Shown here: positions 52,395-64,000 of the stretch, one piece after another
Layout: each line of letters opens with the position of its first letter
How positions within the stretch are numbered: position 1 is the first letter of the stretch
Source: Octopus vulgaris
Lineage: Eukaryota
DNA: 64,000 nt
Direction of reading: 5' to 3'
Assembly: GCA_951406725.2 (NCBI GenBank)
Contig: OX597820.1
Span: forward strand, 23,188,001 to 23,252,000
Translations under genes and position numbers: made by a program
The notes under the pieces: generated by a model
What the model saw: the letters and a program-made list of their open reading frames with translations, nothing else
Database searches by the model: none
What the model was told of the DNA's origin: nothing

Positions 52395-53712
52395 TCTTTT
52401 GTTAAGAAGCTTGCTTTGCAACTGTGTGATTTCAGGTTCGGTCCCACTGCACAGCACCTTGGGCAAGTGTTTTTTACTATAGCTTTGAGCTAACAAATGC
52501 TTTGTGAATGAATTTGGAAACTGAAAGCCCATTGTGTGTGTGTTTTTTTTTTCGTCACCACACTGCTTGATGACAGGTGTTGCTTTATTTACATCCCTGT
52601 AACACATTATTTCTCGACCATTTTTTACCTGTGGGACCCTTTTGATCCCTAATTTACTGGGATGGACCTCCTAGCCATTCATTATTTTAAAAATTACGTT
52701 TTTATAATTAAATATAATTAGGAACTGTATTAAAAAAAAGATTAAAATATTTGGTGTTTTGGAGAAGTATAAGCAATTATTTGCTCATAAATTTCAAAAA
52801 TAAAATCCCTGTGGACCCCAAAGGATCAGGTGAAACTTGGTTGAGAACCACCAGTCTAAACAATGTTGACTCAATAGGGAGACCAGCTATCCAAATTGAC
52901 AATAGTAAGGTAGCAGGTATGACTGAGGATATGAAAGCAAAGAAAGCATAGGTGTAGGAGTGGCTGTGTGGTAAGTAGCTTGCTTACCAACCACATGGTT
53001 CCAGGTTCAGTCCCACTGCGTGGCACCTTGGGCAAAGTGTCTTCTACTATAGCCTCAGGCCAACCAAAGCCTTGTGAGTGGATTTGGTAGACGGAAACTG
53101 AAAGAAGCTCATCGTATATATGTATATATGACAACCGATGCTGGTGTGTTTACGTTCCCATAACTTAGTGGTTTGGCAAAAGAGACCAATAGAATAAGTA
53201 CTAGGCATCCAAAGAATAAGTCCTGGGGTCGATTTGCTCAACTAAAGGCGATGCTCCAGCATGACCACAGTCAAATGACTGAAACAAGTAAAAGAATAAA
53301 GCAGCATAGTCCATGACAAATAGTCACTGAGATAAAAACCACTGTTGTAAAGCATAGCTGTGTGGTTAAGAAGCTTGTTTTGCAACCATGTGATTTCAGG
53401 TTCAGTCCCACTGCACAGCACCTTGGGCAAGTGTTTTTTACTACAGCTTTGAGCTAACAAATGCTTTGTGAATGAATTTGGTTGTTGTGGACTGTGGAAG
53501 CCCATTGTGTGTTTTTTTTTTCCTCACCACACTGCTTGATGACAGGTGTTGCTTTATTTACATCCCTGTAACTTAGCGGTTCAGCAAAAGAGACTGGTAG
53601 AATAAGTATCAGACTTAAAAACCAAGTACTGGGGTGAATTTGTTTGACTAAATACTTTGAAGCAGTACCCCATCATGGCCACAGTGCAGTGTGTAAAACA
53701 AGTGAAAGATAG
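52395..53712 (+). mobile_element. Cluster of three family A SINEs plus a hAT-like MITE, including a local duplication
   Basis: 52400-52602 and 53365-53572 share private variants (gtgtttttactatagctttgagctaacaaatgctttgtgaatgaatttgg). Confidence 0.8.
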
Positions 53713-53984
53713 AACACAGTCATTTGCACAAGAAGAACTAATAGTCAATGTCTAATATAGCCACATTGTCAACTGCTACAAGGGCAAAGGAGATACACTA
53801 GAGAGAAGAAACTGCCTCAGTAAACTTCCCTAAAAGTGGACATAAAATAATTGAATACAGTTCTGTATTTAAGAGATGAGGAATTACATACATTATTTAC
53901 ATTTGACGGATATTTGTTCTCATCTCGTTGTATATGAGTAATCTTTTTACCACCTTGTTTCACATTTATGTGTTTACTCCGGTG

Positions 53985-54025
<41 letters not shown>

Positions 54026-54868
54026 TCACATACACATCATGTTTGATGGCATGTAAGACGCACTTCATTTTTCCAAGAAATGTCTAAGAAAAATTATTCT
54101 CTGTGCAAAGTTGAGCTTCCCATAAACTAATATTACATACTTTAATGTACTACAAACTTTTCTCTTGAATATGCACTTTGGAAACTGAAGTCCATCTAAC
54201 TATGTCCATGTGTCTTTTATGCCATCAAATAATACACACACACACACACAAAAGTGTTATGCTGTTTCTTTTACACACACACACACACACGTGTGTGTGT
54301 GAAACAGCATGACACTTCTCTATGAGCAAAGCAAATATGTATTGCTTGAAGGCCTATGGCCGAGTAACCCCATTGTCTCATAGTAGTTGTCTTCAATTGC
54401 TCTCTATCCTGTCCTCCTCAGCTACTCTATTCTAGCTATAATCAATTAACAAAGAAACAAAAGGTAATTTTCTTACCTTTTTTTTTCTTCCTGTTTACAT
54501 TTTCATGATTTCTTTTGACAATGAATTGTGAAAAACGGTGTGCTCTGAGATAGCCTGATAGCATTCAAAAGCTTTCAATGTAGTTATGATGTTCTCTCTA
54601 AATGCAATTTTCATTTACACCTTTAGTTCTTCTTTTTTGAATTTTTTTTTTTTAAATTTCACTTTCGCCACCATTTCCTTCTCCCACAATCTCTTATACT
54701 AAAATATTAAGTACCATATAAAAAAAAAACTAAACTAAACATCCCAAAACATCAATCCTGTGCTTCATAGGCAAATACAGCTGAAGACCGCAATTTTACC
54801 TCCCATCCTTCCAAGGGTGATGAATATGTATATTTATATATATATACATATACATATTCATCACCTTG

Positions 54869-54901
<33 letters not shown>

Positions 54902-56953
54902 GGTACTGGTCAAATACTCGGACTGATATAAATGTCTGTTTCTATCCCCTGAATTTCTATCCTTGTTCCTATTTTAGAAATTACTATTGTTATTGCTGTT
55001 TGTAGAGAAGTGGTTGCTTTCCATTGGTCTTAAGAAGCTATGTGCTTAGTTGCCTTATGTCTCTTCTTTAGTAATCAACAGTTGTACCATAATCGTTATC
55101 TTGGAAGATATACCTCTATGTATGTGTGTATGTACGTAATATATATATATATATATTATATGTACATGCATGCATGCATTAAAATTAAATACACTTATAT
55201 GCGTAGTAATCTCACTGCAAATTGTTTTTTTTTGTTCTTCTTATTGCTTTTGAGTTTGGTTGTTATTTTTATTATTATTATTATTTTCTTCTCGTGTCAG
55301 TCATTGTATAAAGTGAAATTGGATACTGGGTGTCAGAGTAGCATTGGGCTTGGCGGTTATGTTCATGGCGGAGCTTTTGTGATAGCAATTAAAACAAAAA
55401 CAACTGTGATTCCATGCTATAACTATGGCAGTTATGAGAATAGTTACTTATCTAGAACATGAATTCATTTAAAATTGATAAGATTTCATTCCTCTCTGTC
55501 TGTCTCTCTCTCTCTTCCTCATTGTCATACACACACACACACACACAATCCATTGACAGATTATAAACCTCAGCTGTACATCAAATGTTTCATGTATGGT
55601 GGATACTCTTCCAAATATTTCTCAAAATGTTAGTTAACACTTAGTAATAAATATTCTTCATGTTATATAATTTAGAAAGACTTGAATTTCATTTCATATA
55701 GATGCAGATAACAAACCGAATTGCCAGAGAGAGAAAATTAGTCTCCTTTGTAGAAGTTTTATTAGTTTACATCTGATAATATACCTTTGATGTTGCTAAT
55801 CAGCAGATTTGCAATATTTTAATCTATTTTTTATATAAATATTTTTCTTTTTTTTTTCTTTTAGTTTTAGCTTTTATATTTGTTCATGTTTATCTTAAGA
55901 TGAGTGTTCCTAATTATTCAAACGCAGATTTCTTCATGTAAAAATATGTACATGCATGAACTGCTTGGTCACATACACATGTAAGTGACCAGCATTTGGT
56001 ACTGTGCAAAAGCTAGTATAGGAATTGCATGTACACTCTGTGTGTGTGTATGTGTGTGTAGCTTAGCAAAATGTTTAAGTTCACTTCAAAATCTTGTACC
56101 TGCTTTAATCCCTGACATCTTGAGCATGAGTCTTTTACCTATAGTCTTTATGTTTACATTGTACAAGGGTAGAAATAGTAGAGAAACAGAGTCAATACCT
56201 TTACATTTTGAGCTGAAAATTCTTGCCAGGATAATTTTGGCATTTCATGCTCCTGGGATCATTAAAATAGATACCAATAGGATTTTAATCAGGCAAGTGT
56301 CTTCTGCCATAGTGTTATGTCAGTCATAGCTCACTAACAAAATTTGATAAAAGGAAACTGTATAGAAGCCCATGAGACGGACCATACTTGTTCATGGGTG
56401 ATAGATTTAACCCATTACTCGGTCAAATGTAATGCTTATTTATTCATACTGTTTTGAACTTATGTATTATTTCATAGTTATGTGATTTTGATGATCTGAT
56501 TGTTTATTCTTAGAATGACATTGTAGGGTAGGTGTGAGAGACCAAATGTGGCCAGTTTGAAAATAAAACAGATACAATATTTGGGCTTGATATGGTCAGT
56601 TTAAATCCTAAAGTGTTAAGCTGTCATCCAGTTTAGCACCACCTCCTGGCCCTTGAAAGTGGTTTAGTAAAGTCCATTGTATTTGAAGAAATTGAGCCAT
56701 ATCTTTGGTTTTAGAATAACTTCTGGTTTTCCTCTCACCAGTCTTGGAAGCCCTAAAAAGGCCATAGGTACAGTGATTGGTAAATCCTCTGATTTACCAG
56801 ATTTACCAGTGATTGGCAGCTATATGCTGGTTTTTGGTAATGAGATTGTGTAGAAAAACATGAATGGCATGATGCGTGAAGAGGGGGTGTTAAAAAGGAG
56901 ACAGGATAATGGAAGTTAGGAAAATTGATGCATATTAAGAATTAGTGAAGGTG

Positions 56954-57001
<48 letters not shown>

Positions 57002-57324
57002 AATGAAGGATATCAATAAAGATGATAAGAGAATGGGGAGAGAAAGAGTGTGATGGCTAGTAGCATGGTAGAGAATATGCTGGACATTGAATATGAACAG
57101 TACACAAGTGTTTATGTTAGAGAGGAGAGGTAGAAATATAAAGGCTGATTATGATGAAAAGAGTGTGAGATTGGATACAAGTAGATCCGGCATCATCCCT
57201 TGCTACACAGGCGGTGTAATACAGTGGTAGAGGGGAGGGGTTGAGTGTTAGATATGAGGGGAACTAAGAAAAAGGAGGAGAGCAGAGGTTTTACTTAAGA
57301 GGAGCTTAATAGGCAAGATACATA

Positions 57325-57529
57325 CTCTTTTACTTATTTCAGTCATTTGACTGCAGCCATGCTGGAGCACTGCCTTTAGTCGAGCAAGCCGACCCCGGGA
57401 CTTATTCTTTGTAAGCCCAGTACTTATTCTATCGGTCTCTTTTGCCGAACCGCTAAGTGACGGGGACGTAAACACACCACCATCAGTTGTCAAGCAATGC
57501 TAGGGGGACAAACACAGACACACAAACAT

Positions 57530-57567
<38 letters not shown>

Positions 57568-57730
57568 GACAGGCTTCTTTCAGTTTCCGTCTACCAAATC
57601 CACTCACAAGGCATTGGTCGGCCTGAGGCTATAGCAGAAGACACTTGCCCAAGGTGCCACAAAGTGGGACTGAACCCGGAACCATGTGGTTGGTAAGCAA
57701 GCTACTTACCACACAGCCACTCCTGCGCCT
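57325..57730 (-). mobile_element. SINE family A, near-consensus, minus strand
   Basis: Reverse complement of the 18594-18963 and 52950-53298 copies. Confidence 0.85.
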
Positions 57731-58394
57731 AAAATACATGATGTATTTTATATTATACATCCTAGCCATCACATTTTACATCTGTTTTTCCATGCTTAGG
57801 TGAATCTTCTGCAGCATTGCATATCACCACTTGTCACGGTTTGTTGTTGCCTCCTTGTGCGGTTCAGCTTCCTGAGATCAGATTTAACCCCATATCTGTC
57901 TATCTTTGTGTACACACACACACACCGACATTTTAGCAGTGTTTGATTTCCATACTCAAATTTATTATGCTGTAAACTCAAAGGTTTTACCATCATTTCA
58001 CTTCTAAATGTTTGTGACCATCCAGTATATCTAATTAAATTTTAATTTTAATTAGCTTACATATGCAATGATAGCTAAAATCTTTGGGTTTTCCTGTAGT
58101 TCATATGTAATACACACACAAACACAAATGTCTTATATTCCATTCAATTTTCCAGGCTAACATGGGTGGTGCAGGTTTTCTTAGGCAGTGTTTTATGGCT
58201 GGGTGCCCTTCCTTCCACTAACCCTATTCCTTATCCCTTTTAATCACTCTGACAAATAGGAACATGGTTTATCTGTTCTACAACTGCTATAATGTAAACC
58301 TATGTCTACCTTGGGTTACACCCCTAAAAAGTGAATTGTGCTGATGTGGTGTAGCATCATGTAACAATTTGTATTGTATCTATTTTTTTCTCAC

Positions 58395-58777
58395 TTCTTT
58401 ACTTGTTTCAGTCATTAGACTATGGCCTTGCTGGGGCACTGCCTTGAAGAATTTTTAGTCAGACAATTCAACCCCTGTACTTATTTTTATTTTAAGCCTG
58501 GTAGTTATTCTGTTGGTCTCTTTTGCTGAACCACTAAGTTACAGGGATGTAAGCACACCAACACCTGTTCTCAAGTGGTGGTTGGGGACAAACACTGATA
58601 CACACACACATGTTTATATGATGGGCTTCTTTCAGTTTCCATTTACCAAATCCACTCACTAGGCTTTGGTTGGCTCAAGGTTATAGTAGAAAATACTTGC
58701 CCAAGGTGCCATGCAATGGGACTGAACCCAGAACCATGTGGTCTGGAAGCAGTCTTCGTACCATACAGCCACGCCTA
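58395..58777 (-). mobile_element. SINE family A, minus strand
   Basis: Full-length diverged copy. Confidence 0.8.
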
Positions 58778-59661
58778 GTCCTAGAGATTGTATTATAGTG
58801 TAATAAAGTACTACACCAATGGGCTAATGCTCTCATCTTCTAAATACAATGATCATACACACAAGCTCTCTCTCTCTTGTGTATGTGTGTGTGTGTGTGT
58901 GTGTGTATGAGTGCATATGCCGTAATACATTAAGTTTCTTTTTATATTTCATCATTTTAGCTTTATTTCTCAAACATGAACTGCAGTTCCTGTAATTACT
59001 CAAATGTCATTTTAGAGAGAAAAAAAAAAACATTTCGTCAATTGATAGTAACTAAGTGATTACTGGGTAAAATGAAAATATTTCATACTTTGTTATTTCC
59101 ACAGATAAAAACAAAAAAAAAACCAACAAAAATTAAATTAAAATAAAGAAAAGCTATTGATGATGATGACGATGATGATGACATTAATAATAATAATAAG
59201 TTTTTGCTGTTTTCCTGTTGAACTTGAATAGTTTCAGTGGTTAGGCTTAGCCCTTCTGTCTTCCGGAACCATCCACCCTCCGATGCATTTGCCAACTGCT
59301 GATAACGTTACCAAGTTTTTGCTGTTAGTCTCACAATACGTTCCAATACATAAACACACACATATGCACACACACATACATACATACATAAATGCATGGA
59401 CATGTGGACTCACAAATAAACACACACATATAGACATGCATGTAAAATACCCACGCAAATTACACAATCACTCACGCATTTACATTTACTCACACTCGCA
59501 TACACACTAACACACGTGCAAATATATGTCTAGAAATGCTTGCCTCTCTTGAATGTTATACAAGATACATTTTTTTTTTTTTTGGTCAGTATAATTTGAT
59601 TCAGAATTGTTTTTTTTTTTGTTTTTTTTCCACACCCCTCTATTTTTTTTTTTTTATACTT

Positions 59662-59695
<34 letters not shown>

Positions 59696-59842
59696 TCTCG
59701 CTCCTCTCCGTATTCCTCTCTTCCACCGAACACACATCTCCCCTCCCTGACAACCTTTCATTTTTAGTGTTTTATATTTGTTGATGCCTTCATTTTGTCT
59801 TTAGTTAAGTTGAATTTTGGCTTGATTTGCTGTGACTCGCAG

Positions 59843-59964
59843 GGGGTAGTCTGACAGGAAGCAGTGGGAGTGGGAGTGGAACTGGAGTCCTGAGTGGAAT
59901 TTCTGGGAGAGCGGCAGGACACAAACCAGGGATGCCGCAACAACAGCCAACCATTGACATGTTG
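59843..59964 (+). CDS. C2CD5: C2CD5 coding exon E (Gly/Ser-rich)
   Basis: ctcgcAG acceptor and TTG|GTAAGC donor. (G)GSLTGSSGSGSGTGVLSGISGRAAGHKPGMPQQQPTIDML, phase 1 to 0. Positionally equivalent to the GSGS..QQ segment before the conserved E(F/Y)PF block, which was not found in this window. Confidence 0.85.
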
Positions 59965-59990
59965 GTAAGCCCTGCTGTTTTTTGTCTTTT

Positions 59991-60124
<134 letters not shown>

Positions 60125-60199
60125 TTATATTTGTTTTTCTACATATTTTGAAACCTTACATAATGTTAGTAACAATTATAATTATATTACTTATAATTC

Positions 60200-60657
60200 T
60201 CTATGTGTTTGTTGATTGGTGGAATTTGTTAGATCATTGGACAAAATGCCATATTATTTAGTTATAGTCCTTTACATTTTGAGTTCAAATCTTGCCGAAA
60301 TCAGCTTTACCTTAGATCCTTCCATGATAGATAAAATAAACTATCAGTCAGGTACTGGAGTCAATATAATCAACACTTCCTTCCTCTGAGTTTTCTGACC
60401 TTGTGCCTTTGTTGGAAATTATTATTACTATTATTATTATTATTATATTAAGGCGACGAGCTGGCAGAACCGTTAACACACCAGGCAAAATGCTTAGTGG
60501 TATTTCTCCCATCGCTACATTCTGAGTTCAAATTCCACCATGGTCGATTTTTGCCTTTCATCCTTTCGGAGTCGATCAAATAAGTACCACTTACTCACTG
60601 GGGTCAATGTAATCAACTTAATCCCTTCCTCCAAATTTGAGGCCTTGTGTAGAAAGG

Positions 60658-60690
<33 letters not shown>

Positions 60691-60950
60691 AGGTGGCAAG
60701 TTGGCAGAATTGTTAGCGTGCCAAACAAAATGCCGTGTGACTTTTCTTCCAGCTTTATATTTTGAGTTCAAATTCTGCTGAGGTCAACTTTGCCTTTCAT
60801 CGTTTTCATGTTGATAAAATAAGCTCTGAGGTTGATGTAATCGACTAATCCCCTCCCACAAAATTTCAGGCCTTGTACCTGTAGTAAAAAAGATCATCGT
60901 TATTATTAAGAGTGGTTGACTGGCAGAATCAGCAATGTCAGACTTGTTAT
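60200..60950 (+). mobile_element. Array of family B SINEs separated by (ATT)n
   Basis: Three full units plus the start of a fourth. Confidence 0.8.
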
Positions 60951-62836
60951 GGTATTAATAAAAAGACCTTTATATTTCCAGTAGAAATCTTGAAAATGTC
61001 GACTGCTTTTAATTGTTCTGGGTAAAGGCCACACACTGTGAAGTGGTTGACATTAGGAAAGGCATCAAGCTGTAGAAACCAATCCAAATCAGACTTGAAC
61101 CTGGTGCCGCTCTCCAGCTTTTGAGCTCTGGTCAAACTGTCCAGCCCATGCCAGCATGGAAAATGGATGTTACCGGATGATGATGATGCGTCAGTAATAT
61201 GAGGTTCCTTTTGAGTACTGCTATTTATCTCTGCCACTAGATCATTCTCTCCCCATCTTCTAAATATGACTATCTGTATAGCTTCTCTACAACATGAAAC
61301 CTGCTCTTTCCCCTTCTCTCATACTTTTAACCCCTCATCCCACATCATTCATCATCATTGTTCGACTGTGGTTGAGACAATGGAATTTACTATGTTACGC
61401 CAGACTTCACGGTCCATCATAGCATTACGGAGGTCCTGTTGCTGGATGCCTGTACCCCTGGAGATTACATCAGATTACATCTCACAGCATACCCCACCCT
61501 TTTAATGTCCACGTTTCATGCTAGGAGAGGTTAGAGGATTTAACAGGATACAAGGAATCCAAGGACTGCGTTGTGCTCCCTTATCTTTCTTGGCATGCTT
61601 TCTATGGCTCGATGCCCTTCTTAATGCCAACCCTCTCACAGTATCTACTGGACATGGTTTTTCTTTGTGCCGCCAGCACTAGTGAGGCTACCAGACCCTC
61701 AGAATATGATGAGCAGAGGCAGACATCACAAATGCATCCTATCGAATTCTGTAATGACTCTGCCACTTTTCTAAAAAGAAAAAAATGCCAATTAATAACA
61801 AGGTTGTTAATTATTAATTAATAATATAATATTCTAGCAGTGGTTTTCTTTGGTTTGTTTTGTTTTTATGTTAATGTATTTCTGCTTCTGTGTAAATGTA
61901 AAATAAAAGGATGTTGTTTTTTATGTTTTTGCTATCCCTTAGGAGGGTCAATAACAGAAAATAAGAAAAATTGGAAAACGAAGTTTTTTTATGGTTAACA
62001 TTTTGATTTGTTTTTAGTGTTTATTTTAAATATTAAAAATGTCTTAAGATGAATCATAGTCCAGAACAGGTATTAAAGCACTCACACTCAATATATTTAA
62101 TGTCAAATAAGTGACGTCCATCATTTCCAATCTTCTATGAAAACATGTCTGCTCATGGGAAAATATTACCTTACTTAAAAACGGGTAATGGTTGGTGACA
62201 GAAAGAGCATCCAGCTGTAGAAAACCTGCTTCAGCTAATTCCATTTGATCCATGCAAGCATGGAAAGGGGACATTAAAACGATGATGAGATAGTCGAGCC
62301 AATAAGGAAGTCTCCAAAGTGGTTGCTTAGTCTGTTAGAAATAGCAGTCAAATTTCACTCCCATTTAACAAGAAAAGAAAAGGACACATTTGATAAAGTT
62401 GAGTCAGATACATTTTATCTGAGAAGAAAGACAGACAGGTTACAGCTGAAGCATATTTGGTCATTGGTTTTCTCAATCAGGGATGATGTGAGCCAAAACA
62501 ACAATAATGTCTTAAATGTTTTAATATTTCAGTTAATTATTTTAAGGACGTCTGAAATCATTTTCAGTGAGGCTTCCTCACAGTTTTCACTTTCTAAACT
62601 AGAATGGATAGCAATACATCCAAAATGTTATCTTGCAATAAAAATGCTCAGAAATGGAGAAGGATCTCTTCCCATCTCTTTCTCTTTGTACTTATTAAAT
62701 CATACAAGCGGTGTGCCCTGGTGACCAGTTATTATAAGGGAGGCAGTTACTCCTAGATAAATCAAACCAGAATTAGAATTTTGAATTCTAAATCAAGAAA
62801 CCTGGAAGAAGATGCATTGCTGTATGATGGTAACTC

Positions 62837-63072
62837 ATGGCGGCAAACTGGCAGAAATGTTAGCACACCGGGTGAAATACTTAGCAGTATTTCGTCTGCC
62901 ATTACGTTCTGAGTTCAAATTCCGCCGAGGTCGACTTTGCCTTTCATCCTTTCGGGGTCGATTAAATAAGTACCAGTTACGCACTGGGGTCGATGTAATC
63001 GACTTAATCTCCTTGTCTGTCCTTGTTTGTTCCCTGTATGTTTAGCCCCTTGTGGGCAATAAAGAAATAAGA
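62837..63072 (+). mobile_element. Family B SINE, near-consensus subfamily with a different 3' tail
   Basis: B core followed by tttagccccttgtgggcaataaagaaataa. The same tail occurs at ~27500-27705 and ~47850-48080. Confidence 0.8.
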
Positions 63073-64000
63073 AATAAGAAGATCATAAAATTTTAAAATT
63101 GTAGGTGTAATACTTTGCTTTTTCTTTTCTTTTTTCCCATTTTTTTGTTTTTGTTGTTGTTTGTATTGTGTCTGCTAGATTATAATTCTGGACCCGTAAC
63201 AAAAACAGTTGATTACAGTGTTTCCGGAGCATGGCAGAGAATAAATTAATAACTGTTAATTGAATGTGTGTTTGTATCCATATTAGCCTGGCTTCTGTCC
63301 TTTGAACTGTCCAGCGTTGGAGGCCCTACCAAGAGCTTGCCCTCTGCTGGCATAGGTCACAGGGTCATTGAAGCACTCATGCCCCCACACTGCAATGAGG
63401 ACTGGACCTTGATGTAGAACATGGGGTTTTAACCATAAACAATCTTCATAACAAAATTGATGACTGTCCTTATCTGAAGGCATAACTATCATTCCCATCC
63501 CTAATCATCAATTTTACACTCTAGTTTTCACTTGTAAAACTCTCTAAATTGGCCATGCCAGGCATGACCTTAACAGAGGATGCTATCAACCAAAACGTGA
63601 TGCCATATGACCTAGTGGTTAGGGTATTACATTCATGATTGTAAGATTATAGTTTTGATTCTTGAGCCAGTCAGTGCATTGTGTTCTTGAGCAAAATGCT
63701 TTATTTCATGTTACTCCAGTCCACTCAGTTGTAAATAAGTTTCAACAATAACTGGGAAGTTAACCTTGTGATGGACCAGTGTCCTGTACAGGAGGGAGTG
63801 TTTTAATCTCAATCGTATATACATTTTTGGAAACTTTATCATTTAAACCGGCCATATCCGGCCAAAAGTATTCTGCCTGTTTTATGTTCAAACTGGCCAG
63901 ATCTGGTCTCTCACACCAGCCCTACAATGTCGTTTTAAAAATTAACAGCTACCTCATCAAAATCTCATAGCTACAAGATTAATGCATGATTAGTTCAAAA

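Noticed and set aside
54252-54317. Short inverted repeat around (CA)n(TG)n
   Set aside because: The arms are only ~17 bp plus microsatellite, so no function or family can be supported.
54422-54463. AG...GTAATT-bounded 42-nt block
   Set aside because: Contains an in-frame TAG in the required phase. The inner AG gives a 28-nt, non-symmetric block with a stop.
55040-55462. 140-aa ORF with a coding-looking block (SSIGLGGYVHGGAFV) after an AG at 55300
   Set aside because: In the phase 1 required by C2CD5 it stops after three codons. No convincing donor and no recognisable homology.

Overview
AT-rich, repeat-dense animal genomic DNA. The SINE families and microsatellite style suggest a coleoid cephalopod, probably Octopus (inference). 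The whole window lies inside one + strand gene, C2CD5 (KIAA0528/CDP138). Five exons can be spliced in frame by hand: 262-417, 1062-1122, 3374-3499, 39979-40127 (or a long form from 39226) and 59843-59964. A 27-nt microexon (49329-49355) and a weaker 30-nt candidate (17860-17889) also fit. The introns hold SINEs, MITEs, Helitron/Helentron-type elements and decayed LINE and Tc1/mariner fragments. Three observations stand out. (1) Six type I hammerhead-ribozyme motifs sit in Penelope-like termini, four of them as inverted sense/antisense pairs in the pre-mRNA. (2) A ladder of in-phase alternative acceptors could add a 251-aa poly-Thr/poly-Pro/poly-His segment to C2CD5. (3) Two paralogous exon-like blocks lie 9 kb apart in the 36-kb intron. 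Nearly all listed ORFs are artefacts of repeats. No database search or folding program was run; repeat coordinates are approximate.
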